Assembly (NCBI GenBank): GCA_963806535.1
Contig: CAWDYC010000005.1
Span: 128,001-192,000, forward strand
Length of the DNA stretch: 64,000 bases
Direction: 5' to 3'
Source: Candidatus Bathyarchaeota archaeon
GTDB lineage: Archaea; Thermoproteota; Bathyarchaeia; Bathyarchaeales; Bathycorpusculaceae
This document shows positions 31,216 through 42,520 of the stretch, one piece after another (position 1 is the first letter of the stretch; every line of letters begins with the position of its first letter). A model generated the notes under the pieces. That model did not search any database. It was not told where the DNA came from and saw nothing but the letters and a program-made list of their open reading frames with translations. The position numbers and the translations under genes were made by a program.

Positions 31216-31291
31216 TGGAGCTGGGGATGGGAATTGAACCCATATATAACAGCTCTGCAGGCTGTCGCCTGAACGATTCGGCCACCCCAGC
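31216..31291 (-). tRNA. tRNA-Cys (GCA), CCA encoded
   Basis: GCTGGGG/CCCCAGC acceptor stem, ACAGC-CTGCAGA-GCTGT anticodon arm, ATGGG-TTCAATT-CCCAT T arm, ending TCCA. Confidence 0.93.
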
Positions 31292-31374
31292 ATCTTGAAT
31301 CTAGGGCTAGAGCACACATAAAAATATTGTTGGATATAAAACATATTATTTCCTGCATGTTTAATGCTTGGTTG

Positions 31375-31743
31375 CTAAATTATTTTTTTGAAGGCTAAAC
31401 CTGAAAAGAAAGCAACACTTTTATCTCTGTTCTTCACGGTTACATTGTATAGACCCATGGTTTTTCCATCCGAAACTCGTGTTGCCTCAGCCGTCAATAG
31501 ATCTCCTTCAACAGAGGGCTTAAGAAAATTTATGCTCACCTGAACTGCAACCGCTACGTTATCGCCAAAGTTGCATGCATGCGCAAAAGCGTAATCCGCC
31601 AACGAGAAGATTGCGCCTCCATGCGTGAAGCCCAACGCATTTGTATGTTTCTTCTCAACTTTCATTGATACTTTGGCATAGCCGTCTTTTGCTTCGAGAA
31701 CTTTGATGCCTAATGCTTCGGCGAAATAGTCTGTTCCTTTCAT
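31375..31743 (-). CDS. paaI: PaaI-family hotdog thioesterase
   Basis: HTNALGFTHGGAIFSLAD. Confidence 0.85.
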   Translation of the reverse strand: MKGTDYFAEALGIKVLEAKDGYAKVSMKVEKKHTNALGFTHGGAIFSLADYAFAHACNFGDNVAVAVQVSINFLKPSVEGDLLTAEATRVSDGKTMGLYNVTVKNRDKSVAFFSGLAFKKII

Positions 31744-32810
31744 TTTGTTTTAGCTCCTTTAGGTTTCTCCTCTGATAATAGGTAATTGTAGAATTTGCGG
31801 AACAGCGATGTTAATCCTTTTGGAGAGAAAATAACGATTACTAGTAGGATTACTCCTATGATTAGGTATGTTAATGGGGGTCCAACGTAGCCGACTTTGG
31901 GGAAGAGTGGTCCAATGTGGTGCTTAAGGATTGGGTGACGCTTTGGGTGGTTAATATTTGTCCGATGGATGTGAGGAAAATTGCGCCGATGATTGGTCCG
32001 CTTACGGTTCCTAAGCCACCGATAACCGTCATTATGAGAGGCAAAAACGAGTTGGCAGGCGAGAAAATTGAATTATCGATAAACTGTATGAAATAAACGT
32101 ATAATCCTCCTGCGATTCCAGCAAAGAATGTGCTGATGACAAAGGCTATCAGCTTGTATTTTGCAGTGTTTATTCCAATCATTCGTGCCTCTGCTTCATT
32201 TCCATGTATAGCCCTAAAAGCAAGCCCCATCCGCGACTTCATAATCAAATACATAATCGTAATGGAAACTGCCGCAAAAGATATCACTAAAATGTAAAAT
32301 GGGTACCCTCCAGACACAAATGTTGGCGTTCGAAAACCGTTTATTCCATTTGTGAAAGAATCAAACTGGCTTGACAAAGTAAAAGCTATCACTGAAAAAC
32401 CAAAAGTTACCATAGCCAAATACCATGCTTTTAATCGTACACAAGCCAAACCAATCAGCAAGCCGATTCCTGCAGAAATCAAGCCTCCGATAAGAAGAAC
32501 TGAAACCTGAATCAGCAAAGATAAAGCTCCAGATTGGCATTGCGTTAGCACCGAATGCTCCAATTATGGCATTGGAGATTCTGCTTCCAATTATTGCTGA
32601 TGAGAAGCCGCCGATGCCTAAGAAAGCAGCGTGTCCCAGTGAACCTTGCCCTGAATTTGCTAGAAAATTCCAGCTTGCCGCATAAATTGAAAAGATAAAA
32701 ATTAACGTAAAAACGAACAGGAAGAAGGTGTCAGTTATGAATATTGGAATTAGCGCTAAAACTGCGAAACTTACAACTAAAAATAGAAAGCTTCTTGAAC
32801 GCAGGAACAT
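31740..32810 (-). CDS. livM: Branched-chain amino acid-type ABC permease (frameshifted)
   Basis: SWNFL..SGQGSLGHAAFLGIG, SRMGLAFRAI and IGGLGT motifs. Confidence 0.8.
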
Positions 32811-32836
32811 GGTGAGTTTCTGTTTTAGTCGGCATG

Positions 32837-33718
32837 TTATTCTCCTTTTTCCCCAAATAATCCGTTAGGTCTGATAATGAGGACGACTATTAGCAGTGCA
32901 AAAGCAACGGCGCTTGACCAAATTCCTCCCAGAAACAGCGTTGCCAATTGCTCAGTGATGCCGTAGAGCAATCCGCCTACAATGGCGCCTCGTATGCTTC
33001 CTAACCCACCAAGAATGATTATGGCGAATGCTATGATTGTTGGCATTGCTCCAGTTTGGGAGTTAAAAGAGAAAATGATGCCGTATAGTCCACCGGCTAC
33101 AGCGGCTAATGCTGAGCCTAAAGCAAAGGTAATCATGTAAATTCTTTCAACGTTTATTCCCATGAGCATGGCTGTTCTGTTTATTTGGCTGGTAGCACGC
33201 ATTGCTAAGCCAATTTTTGTTTTCCACAGCAGCAAACCAAAACCGACTAGAACAGCAACTACGACGAAAACAGCGACAATGCGGTCATATGTTATGGATA
33301 TGCTTGGAAAACTCAAACTCATGCCGTAAAAGGGGCTTTTAATCTGTTGAGACTGGTCACCCCAAATAAGTAGGGCAGCATTTTCAAAAATGTAAATCAA
33401 GCCGAGGCTAACAAAAATCTCGTTGAGTTTTTCTGTTCCCATGAACCCTTCGAAAAGTGAACCGTTCAATAACTACGCCTAATCCAGCAACTATCGCCAT
33501 TGAGACAAGAATTGCTACATAAGCGTTTAATCCCTAAAGCAACTGAGATGGTCCAGGTAAGATAATGCGCCTATCATTAGAAATTGTCCGTGAGCAAAAT
33601 TGACAAGTTTCATAACGCCGAAAATAATGTTTAATCCAGAAGCAAGCAACATGTAGATGCAGCCGATTGCAACGCCCCAAATTAATGTTAAAACTATTGT
33701 TCCAGCAGTTATGTCCAT
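32837..33718 (-). CDS. livH: Branched-chain amino acid-type ABC permease (frameshift near 33530)
   Basis: GLNIIFGVMKLVNFAHG, KTKIGLAMRA, IILGGLGS and RPNGLFG motifs. Confidence 0.85.
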
Positions 33719-33845
33719 GATTCAGTTGTTCCCTCAGTCATTAATCGGTAAACTCTTGGCTTTCTTATTCATCAGCATAACTATTTAAAATGTTTTTTAA
33801 TTTCAAGAAAATAAAAGAAGAAAAATTTTTGGAAGGAAGCTTAGT

Positions 33846-35225
33846 TTAGCTTCCAGGTTGATAGCCTGTTGGCAATCTAAAGTCTGCTTGTTTGAAGTTG
33901 CTTATGCCTGGTACTGATGGCTGGCCAAATTATTTGTGATTCCAGTTGTGTTGGTTTGGCTGTTCCATTTGAGTTGTTCCATGAATGTTACTGGGCCAAT
34001 TTCGTGGTAGTTAACGCCTGTGCTGAATTGTATTTTGCCTGTATGTGGTCATGATGAGTCTTTGGTTCATGTTGGTGTTTTCTATTGCTTGTCGTACTGC
34101 TGCTTTGTCGATTGTTCCAGCATTTTCAATTGCGTTCTTAGCGATGTAGAATGCGTCATATGTGTCAACTCCCATCATTCCTGGCGCTACATGGTAAGTT
34201 TGGTTGAATTTCTGAGAGTATGTCTGTACTGCGGATGAGTATGAAGGTACTTGGAATGGGTCCATCTTTGACTCCAAAAGTTGTCCGTCACCAACGGCTC
34301 CTAATAGATTGTAGAATACTGGGTCTTGGTTGTTTTCAACTGCAATGTAAACGGTCTTTAATCCTACGTCGTTCCATCCCTGCTGGATTACCAGTGGTGT
34401 TATGTCTGGGTTGTCAGCGACAAATACTGCGTCTGGGTTTGCTTGTTTGATTACTGTTAGGTCAGTTTGGAAGGTATTGGATGTAGTTGGGTGTTTTCTG
34501 TCTGCTACGATGTTAATTGGTAGGCTTTCGTTCTGAATCCAGTATTTGGCTGCTTGTTCAACTGCGTTTCCGAAAGAGTCATCACGGTAGTATAGTGCAA
34601 GGCTGAAGTTTCGGTCTGGTGCTACCATCGGCTTCATTTCTTGAGCTAAGAAGTCAACGACTGTTTTTGCGTAGTCATAGGTTGTTGTGCAGTAGTGGAA
34701 CATGTAGCTCATTCCTTCTGCATCGGTGATGCTGTAGGTTCCTGTTGCTCCAACGCCGCCATAGTTGCCTTGTGGTCCTCTTCTGGTAACAAGTTGGTTT
34801 GATGCTCCAGTGATTATGAAGGGAACTTTGTTTTCGATGGCTACTACTTCGTCAGCAAGGGTTGCTGCGCTTCCGTATCCGCCGATGAGCATGTCTACTT
34901 TGTCTGATTGAACTGCTTGTGTTACTGCTGTTACGGCGTCGGCTGGAACTGTGTCTTTTCCGGTGTCAACGGTTACTAAAGTTATGTTGACTTTGGTGTT
35001 CCAACCAGAAACGGAAATTCCGCCTGCATCGTTGATTTCGTCAACTGCCATTTGTGCTGCTTTCTGCATGTCTTGTCCAATTGAGGTAGACATTGGAGCA
35101 ACTAAGCCTATCTTTATGTTTCGTGCGTCAGCTGATGGTGCTGGTTTTGTTGTTAATTCTAAAGCTGCAACTGCTGAAACTGCAATTATTACAACAACTA
35201 TTATAGCTAGTATTTTCTTTTGCAA
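33846..35225 (-). CDS. livK: ABC transporter substrate-binding protein, LivK/LivJ family (C-terminus frameshifted)
   Basis: IKIGLVAP, AVDEINDAGG, LIGGYGS and YDAFY motifs. Confidence 0.8.
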
Positions 35226-35285
35226 ATTTTACATCCTCTCGTTTTTTCTTTGCTATATCAAAGCTAAACGCTTAATAAAATTAAC

Positions 35286-35872
35286 TCATAACACGCTTTC
35301 TCTGCCTAACTGGAACGCTTTTAGGTTTAAACTGATGTATTTTTCTTTAAGTCTGCCCGCTATAGCTTGCTGGAAAGACTTCACTTTAACTGGAATCTCT
35401 GGAAGCGCCGATAAAGCTCCAAGAAGAATCGTGTTCACAACCAGCATGTTGCCCAGTTTTTCGGCTATGCCTACGCCGTCTACTTCATGAACCAACGCCT
35501 TTGACCGCAGAATCTGCCATTAATTCCTCGATTTTTTTGGGTTTAGCACCCGAAACCATGCAGTTTGGCGGAATATACTTCATGTTAACAATTACCGTTG
35601 CCCTTTTTCTTTAGCATTGGAAGCGCTCTTGCGGTTTCCAAGAATTTCAAAACCAACAAGCACATCGGCTTTTCCGGTTTCAATCAGAGGAGACTCAACT
35701 TTGTCGCCGATTCTGTGCATACGCAACAATTGAGCCTCCACGTTGAGCCATCCCGTGAATCTCTGCTTTTGCCACATCAAAACCATCAAGCATAGCGGCT
35801 TCACAGTAAATGTCGCTTAAAACTACGACTCCTTGTCCGCCGACGCCGCTAGAAGACTATGTCAAGCTTCAT
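35286..35872 (-). CDS. iorB: Indolepyruvate:ferredoxin oxidoreductase beta subunit (frameshifted)
   Basis: [23 protein letters not shown] and NLKAF..G fragments. Confidence 0.8.
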
Positions 35873-38065
35873 TTTTCTTTTCTCCTTATGGCTTCAAAGG
35901 GGCAGACGTTTTCGCAGACACCACATCCGTAGCAAAGTGTGTGTCGATTTCGGCGCGTTCACCTGTTAAGGCTGATGGCTGGGCAACCGAAGGCTTTCAC
36001 GCATACTCCGCAGGCGTTACATTTTTCTATAACTTCTCGTGGCTTTCCTCTTTCAATTAAGAGTGGGCATGGCTTCTGCGAGATTATGACTGATGGACCA
36101 TTGATAATCCAGAGTTTGTCTTATCGCTTCTGATTGTAGCTTTAATGTCATAGGGGTCAACAACTTCCACTTTTTCTATCCCCAGTCCTTTTGCGATATC
36201 TTGTATTCTAACTATTTTAGCGTCAGCACCCATAGGCGGTTTTTCCTGAACCTGGCGTCGGCTGATGTCCCGTCATGGCAACTATGCTATTATCCATAGA
36301 TAATTACACAGACGTTAGCCTTGTTGTACACTATGTTTAGTAGTCCGGGCATTCCTGCATGGAAAAATGTTGAGTCGCCAATAACCGCGAACACCTTTTC
36401 TTTCACCCCAGCATGAATCATACCTGCAGCCTGAGAAATTCCAGCCCCCATACATAGGCAAGATTGAACTGTGGTTACAGGCGGCAAAACACCAAGCGTA
36501 TAGCAGCCAATGTCGCCTGTGACAATTTTGTCATTTGATTTTCCAGTCAAACTTAATGCGCTTTCTGGGCAAAGCGGAATACATTTTGGGTTTCCGTTGC
36601 ATGTGTCGCAAATCATAACTTTGTGCGTGTTCGGGTGAATGGTTATTGCGCCGTATTGACAGCCTTCTATGCACCAGCCGCATCCGTTGCATTTTTGCTC
36701 ATCAACCAAAATGGCGCCCGATTTTTCATGTCGTGTTATGGCTTTTTCTTGGCAGGCGATGATGCACGGTGCTTCTACGCATGCTTTGCAGGTTACTGCA
36801 GTGTTGAATGTTTGTCCAATCCTGACTGAGCGGATTCTCGATTTTAATGGATTGAAAACTTTTTCTTTTTCAAAAGAGCAAGCATACTCACATACGTCGC
36901 AGCCAACACATTTCTCATTGTCGCATTGAACATGTTGGTTAACCATGTTAAGCGCGTAGTAGAAGGCTCGGTGAGGGCATCCAGGGCAAAGCGCAGGCGG
37001 CCTCGGAGGCAAGTTCAGAAGCTCAGGAATTTCCCCTTTAGAGGTCAAGTGTAAACTTGCAAAGGCTTGACGTACATTATCGGGTGTAAGTTCCCCAATT
37101 TCCTCCAGGCCAAGCTGGTTCTTTCCGACCACGTTTAAACCTAATCGTTGGATATTTTCCTCAAGATAAGGTCTTAGCTCTTCAATTACAATCATTTTTT
37201 TGACTTTAAGAGCAAATCTCCTAACCATTTCTGTGGGAAAAGGATAAACAAACCCTAACTTTAGCCAAGAAAACTTTTTCGTGTCAAGCACTGACCGTGC
37301 ATAATAATAGCCTACTCCGCTTCCTATTATTCCAATTTCGGCTGAATTGTCTTCAATAAAGTTGAATCTTGAATGGTTAACAAGTGTTTTTGCCTCAGCC
37401 ATCTTGACCTCTAAAACTCTATGTTGCCGAATTGCGTTTGAAGGTACCATGACCCATTTTGAACTTTGTTTATCAAATTTGGGTTTTCTTTTTAGATTTT
37501 GCATTCGGCCAAGTTTTACTTTTGCCTTTCCGTGGGCTACTCTTGTGGTTAAGCGTAATATGACTGGTAAATGCAATTTTTCACTTATCTCAAATGCTTC
37601 TTTCGCCATATCCAGCGCTTCTTGGGGACTGCCAGCATCTAGCAACGGCAACTTTGAGTGTAGGGCAAAATATCTTGTGTCCTGCTCGTTTTGGCTACTG
37701 TGCAATGCAGGATCATCGCAGACTGCAATTACCATTCCGCCTTCAACACCTGTATAGGCCAAAGTCATGGCGGCGTCAGAGGCAACATTTAAGCCAACAT
37801 GCTTCATAGAAACAATTGAGCGAACGCCCGCCATTGAAGCGCCTGCTGCAACTTCCGCTGCAACAATCTCATTGGTGCTCCATTCAGCGTAAATGTCAAA
37901 TTCTTTTGCAAAGTCAGCAATAGTTTCCAAAATTTCTGTAGCAGGAGTTCCTGGATAAGATGCTGCAACTTTTACAGTGGCTTCCAATGCTCCTCTTGCA
38001 ACAGCCTCATCGCCGTTTAGCAAGGCAAAACTGCCCGGCTTATCTACTGCAATCTTGGAGGTCAT
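35869..38065 (-). CDS. iorA: Indolepyruvate:ferredoxin oxidoreductase alpha subunit with internal polyferredoxin insertion (C-terminus frameshifted)
   Basis: GDEAVARGA, YPGTP, MKHVGLNVA, SSQNEQD, CPGCPHR, GDIGCY and GDSTFFH motifs; C-terminal CNACGVC/CYGCGVC. Confidence 0.9.
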
Positions 38066-38077
38066 AGTTTGTATCCT

Positions 38078-39394
38078 TTACATTTTGCCTTTGCGCAAAT
38101 CTAAAACTCTTTTTGCTTTTCCCTCTGTTCTTGGAAGTTCACCTGGCTTGACGATTTCAACGTCAGCAGATATACCAGTTACAATGTGGATTCTTTTTTG
38201 AATTTCATTCTTTAATGCGTTTTTATCTATCTGAGTGTCTTTTGAGGCTTTCTCGGATAATTCAACCTTAACCACAAAAGTGTCTAAGGCTCCAGGTCTA
38301 TCAACGACGATTAGGTATTGTGTGGCAAGTTCTGAGAAGCACATTACAGCAAACTCTATTTGAGAAGGGAAAACGTTTACTCCGCGAATAATGAGCATGT
38401 CGTCTGATCTTCCATGCACTCGATTCATTCTGGCATGTGTGCGTCCGCATGGACATTTCTCTGGTTGTATTTTTGAGATGTCTCTTGTTCTGTACCTTAG
38501 CATGGGCAAGCCTGTTTTGCTAAGTGTTGTAAAGACAAGTTCGCCTTCTTCTCCAACAGGCAAAACTTCGCCTGTATCAGGGTCAATTGTTTCAACGATG
38601 AAATGGTCTTCTGCAATGTGTAATCCATTGTGCACAGGGCACTCGATAGAGACACCTGGACCACAAAGTTCTGTTAACCCATAAACATCATAGGCTTTGA
38701 TTCCCATGTCATTTTCTATTCTTTCTCTAATTTTGTCTGACCATGGTTCAGCTCCAAACATTCCAATTTTGAGTTTAAGGTCTTTTCTGGGGTCTATTCC
38801 TTCTTGTACCATTGTTTCAGCAAGGTAAACTGCAAAACTTGGTGTGCATGCCAAAATGGTGGCTTCTAAATCTTTCATAAGTTTTATTTGGCGCTGGGTC
38901 ATTCCGCCGCTTGCTGGAATAATTTTGGTTCCAACTTTTTGAGCGCCATAATGAAAGCCCATGCCACCTGTAAACAATCCGTAGCCATAAGCGATATGTA
39001 TAACGTCTTGTTGTCGTCCGCCACAAGTGTAGATGGATCTTGCCATTAATTCTTGCCAAACATCCAAGTCACTTCTTGTGTAAGCGCCGACAATTGGGTT
39101 TCCGGTTGTTCCGCTGGAAGCATGAATCTCACAGATTTCATCAGATTTGACGGCGACCATGCCAAACGGGTAATTGTCTCTTAAATCGGTCTTTATTGTG
39201 AAAGGAATTTTCTGTAGGTCGTCAAGTGAGCGTATGTCTTCAGGTTTTAATCCGATGCTGTCAAATTTTTTCTTGTAAAAGCCGCTATTTTGATAGCAAT
39301 GTTTGACTTGTTCTCTTAATTTTTTCAGCTGAAGCTTTTTAACTTCTTCTGCAGGCATGGTTTCGATTTTTTCGTTCCAGTATTTGCCGTTCAA
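38078..39394 (-). CDS. paaK: Phenylacetate-CoA ligase
   Basis: IHASSGTTG, YGYGLFTGG, GAEPWS, YGLTE, RYRTRD, GRSDDMLIIRGVNVFP and EGKAKRV motifs. Confidence 0.92.
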   Translation of the reverse strand: MNGKYWNEKIETMPAEEVKKLQLKKLREQVKHCYQNSGFYKKKFDSIGLKPEDIRSLDDLQKIPFTIKTDLRDNYPFGMVAVKSDEICEIHASSGTTGNPIVGAYTRSDLDVWQELMARSIYTCGGRQQDVIHIAYGYGLFTGGMGFHYGAQKVGTKIIPASGGMTQRQIKLMKDLEATILACTPSFAVYLAETMVQEGIDPRKDLKLKIGMFGAEPWSDKIRERIENDMGIKAYDVYGLTELCGPGVSIECPVHNGLHIAEDHFIVETIDPDTGEVLPVGEEGELVFTTLSKTGLPMLRYRTRDISKIQPEKCPCGRTHARMNRVHGRSDDMLIIRGVNVFPSQIEFAVMCFSELATQYLIVVDRPGALDTFVVKVELSEKASKDTQIDKNALKNEIQKRIHIVTGISADVEIVKPGELPRTEGKAKRVLDLRKGKM

Positions 39395-39416
39395 CCGTTT
39401 TTTTCCCTCGCTTTTT

Positions 39417-40121
39417 TTAAAGCCCTAAATACACTTCTTTTATGTGACTATTAGATAAAAGTTCCCTACTTTTTCCTTCTAAAACAATTCTTCCTTCTTC
39501 TAAAACATAACCTCTGTCGGCCACATTTAGCGAGTCATGAATATTCTGTTCCACAAGTACAACCGTGACGCCTTCATCATTGATTGTGCGAATAGTATCC
39601 AAAACTTTTTCCACAATTATTGGTGCCAATCCTAATGATGGCTCATCCAAAATCAACAGTTGAGGATTAGACATTAAGCTTCGGCAGATAACGAGCATTT
39701 GCTGTTCGCCGCCGCTCAAGGTTTGAGCCAAAGCTTTTTCTTTCTTTTTAAGCACTGGAAAAATTTGGTAAACGTTCTCTTTTGTTTCTTTAATCTTCGC
39801 TTTGTCTTTTATTGTGTAGGCACCTAGCATTAGGTTTTCTTCAATGGTCATTCTGGGAAAGATTTCTCTGCCTTCAGGAATCATTGTTAAGCCTTTTTTG
39901 ACTATTTCATATGTCGGCGTTTTCTCGATGTTTTCACCCTTAAACTTGATGGTTCCAGCTTTCGGATGCAGAAAACCCATGATCGTTTTTACAAGAGTTG
40001 TTTTTCCAGCGCCATTAGGCCCGATTATGCTGAGAATTTCTTTCTCTTCAACTTTGAAGGTTACGTCTCGGAGTATTTGCACCATGCCATAAGAAGATGA
40101 AACATTCTCTACTTCTAACAC
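39417..40121 (-). CDS. livF: ABC ATP-binding protein LivF
   Basis: GPNGAGKT, LSGGEQQM and LDEPSLGLAP motifs. Confidence 0.9.
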   Translation of the reverse strand: MLEVENVSSSYGMVQILRDVTFKVEEKEILSIIGPNGAGKTTLVKTIMGFLHPKAGTIKFKGENIEKTPTYEIVKKGLTMIPEGREIFPRMTIEENLMLGAYTIKDKAKIKETKENVYQIFPVLKKKEKALAQTLSGGEQQMLVICRSLMSNPQLLILDEPSLGLAPIIVEKVLDTIRTINDEGVTVVLVEQNIHDSLNVADRGYVLEEGRIVLEGKSRELLSNSHIKEVYLGL

Positions 40122-40123
40122 AT

Positions 40124-40864
40124 TTACTCCTCCTCATTAAACGTAAACTTTTTGCCCAAGTAAACTTTCACAACATTTTCGTCAGAACAGACTTCTTTTG
40201 GTGTTCCTTCGCATATTTTTTCGCCGTGTTGTAGGACGATTACGTGGTCGCATAATCCCATAATTACTCTCATGACATGCTCAACTATGAGCACGGTTAC
40301 GCCTTGTTTGTTAATTTGTTTGATAAGTTCAATAGCTTCGTTAGATTCTGCTGGAGTTAAACCAGTAAGCAATTCATCTAAAAGTAGCAATTTAGGGTTT
40401 GTTGCCAAAGCTTTGGCAAGCTGGATACGTCGTAACTCAACAACATTTAGATTTTTCGCGGGAACATCAAATTTTTCTTTTCCTAATCCAACAAAACTCA
40501 GAAGCTCTTGAGCCTTAGATATGGCATTGATTTTGTTTTGAGATTTTTTCTGATTGAAAAGTACACTTATTAACACATTGTCGACGGCTGTCATTTCTGG
40601 AAAAGATTGCACGGTCTGCGACGTTTTTGTAATTCCTTTTGCGCAAATCTTGTATGGCGGCAACTTGGTGATGTCTTCTTCCAAAAAAACAATTTGCCCA
40701 GAATCTGGGTTGTAAACTCCGCTGATAAGATTTAGCAATGTGGATTTGCCTGAACCATTAGGTCCAACAAGCCCAGTTATTTCGTTGCTGTTTACTGTGA
40801 AATTCACTTTTTTTAATGCTTGAAGTCCTCCAAATTGCTTGGATACTTCGGTGCACTTTAGCAA
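40124..40864 (-). CDS. livG: ABC ATP-binding protein LivG
   Basis: FGGLQAL, GPNGSGKST, LLLDE, VEH and VYLG motifs. Confidence 0.9.
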   Translation of the reverse strand: MLKCTEVSKQFGGLQALKKVNFTVNSNEITGLVGPNGSGKSTLLNLISGVYNPDSGQIVFLEEDITKLPPYKICAKGITKTSQTVQSFPEMTAVDNVLISVLFNQKKSQNKINAISKAQELLSFVGLGKEKFDVPAKNLNVVELRRIQLAKALATNPKLLLLDELLTGLTPAESNEAIELIKQINKQGVTVLIVEHVMRVIMGLCDHVIVLQHGEKICEGTPKEVCSDENVVKVYLGKKFTFNEEE

Positions 40865-41080
40865 ACTTGATTATTCTCCGATTAGCAAGGATTAATCTCC
40901 GTAGAAATATAAAGTTTGGTAAAAATCATGTTTCATCGGGGTAGAAAAAATAATCTCAATCGTAACTTTGGTTGAAGAGAGCGAAGACAGTAATTGCTTG
41001 GAGCTAGAGCACTCCCTATTATCGAGAACAGAATATTATTCTCTTTTTTAAAACATCAATAATGGGTCAATTTTGAGAGT

Positions 41081-41599
41081 TTACGCAATTTGGATTGGTG
41101 CCCAAGTGTTATTCTCCCAGTTATCATAGGGGAATTCGCTTTGTCCGCCCCAGTTAGTCTCAATGTGACGTATGAATGGTTGATTTGTTTGAAAAGCGAT
41201 TGAAATAACAAATTGAGTAACTTTGCTATCGATTGTGAAGTAGACGTTAGTGTAGTTTTCTTCATGGCCCTGCAGATTGTAGTTCAGTTTAATTGTGTTG
41301 CTGTTGATAAATTGCGAGGGCTGATAAGAATTCTCGGAGAAAGTTGCGTTAGTCAACCTTACTATTATGCCAAAGGCACCGTCTAATGAACCCTTGTTTT
41401 GACTGTAAATCCGTGTGAAGGTTTCAGGAAAGCTCATGTTATTTTCATAGTCAACGGTATGCCATTGGTTACCGATTTTTTGATACAAATAAGGGTTAAG
41501 TGAATAGTTAATCGATGCTTCAGAAAAATAAACTGCAGCTATGCTTGCTCCCACTAAGACAGCTATTAAAGCCAAACCCCTGAAGGTTTTATAGTTCAT
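41081..41599 (-). CDS. Membrane-anchored hypothetical protein
   Basis: N-terminal TM and Asn-rich extracellular domain. Confidence 0.65.
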   Translation of the reverse strand: MNYKTFRGLALIAVLVGASIAAVYFSEASINYSLNPYLYQKIGNQWHTVDYENNMSFPETFTRIYSQNKGSLDGAFGIIVRLTNATFSENSYQPSQFINSNTIKLNYNLQGHEENYTNVYFTIDSKVTQFVISIAFQTNQPFIRHIETNWGGQSEFPYDNWENNTWAPIQIA

Positions 41600-41655
41600 C
41601 TGATTTTACCTATTATTCTTTGATTTGAACAAGAATATTGAGTTTTTGTGATTTC

Positions 41656-42045
41656 TTAGGTTGTTTGTGGAAAGTGCCGTTTAGCTCGTGTTGCATAGTA
41701 GATGCCGACAACTATTATGATAATGCCGATCGCAACCAGCCAGAAAGCCCCTGCTTCCGGTCCACTTGGAACCCAATGATAAAGAATGTTGGTATAAGCT
41801 GCCACACCGAAGAACACTAAAATTAGCCCTCCTATCAACCAGCCAACCATTCCACCTTGACCCTTTTCGTGTTTCTCCCCTTTTTCCTGCTTTTCGTTTT
41901 TCTCCTGCTTTTCATTTCTATTCCGAGCAGAATATGCTGATGGAGGCGCGCCCTGATAGGTTCCCGTTTTCAATGAAGCTCCGCAATTTGGACAAAAAGT
42001 CATCGTTTCGTCCACTTTATGGCCACATTTTGGACAATACGACAT
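41656..42045 (-). CDS. Zinc-ribbon domain membrane protein
   Basis: YCPKCG...FCPNCG, EKxEK repeats, two TM segments. Confidence 0.8.
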   Translation of the reverse strand: MSYCPKCGHKVDETMTFCPNCGASLKTGTYQGAPPSAYSARNRNEKQEKNEKQEKGEKHEKGQGGMVGWLIGGLILVFFGVAAYTNILYHWVPSGPEAGAFWLVAIGIIIIVVGIYYATRAKRHFPQTT

Positions 42046-42246
42046 AAAATCTCACCTATTCTATGATTCTCTATAAGAGATTGAGTATATAAAATATTCA
42101 CTGTGTTAAATTGACAAAGGAAAAGCTACATGCAGTATCGCTAGATACACATCCGAAACCATACAAATCTGTCGATAACAAAATTGAATCTAAAGAAAAA
42201 AAATAATGAAAACGATTTGAAAAAACAAGAAATTTGACGAAGAAGA

Positions 42247-42432
42247 TTACTCGCCCCAATCTTCGCCTTCAATAACTAGCTCTTGAAGATCTACGCATCC
42301 ACCTCCATCAGATATTTTCTTGACTTCGAGTTCAAGTCCACAACCGGGACAGCTCAAAACTTCTCCCATTTCTGTGTCGAAAGGAATATTGAGTTCTGAA
42401 TCGCAGTCTGGACATTTGGTTTTGTTAACCAT
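42247..42432 (-). CDS. lysW: Amino-group carrier protein LysW
   Basis: CPDC...CPGCG zinc ribbon and C-terminal EDWGE. Confidence 0.88.
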   Translation of the reverse strand: MVNKTKCPDCDSELNIPFDTEMGEVLSCPGCGLELEVKKISDGGGCVDLQELVIEGEDWGE

Positions 42433-42520
42433 TTTTTGCAAATTTGAATTTGTTGGGCTAATCATTATCTTTTCACTTTTTTAGGATTAACCTTCTAAAG
42501 AAAAGGAAGCCTATTAAATA

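Noticed and set aside
22171-31241. CRISPR array interpretation of the recurring ~25-bp repeat
   Set aside because: Spacing is 0.1-3.6 kb and irregular, the repeat equals the tRNA-Cys 3' end, and no cas genes are present.
31102-31358. Short ORFs overlapping the tRNA
   Set aside because: They are shadow ORFs across tRNA-Cys with no protein features.
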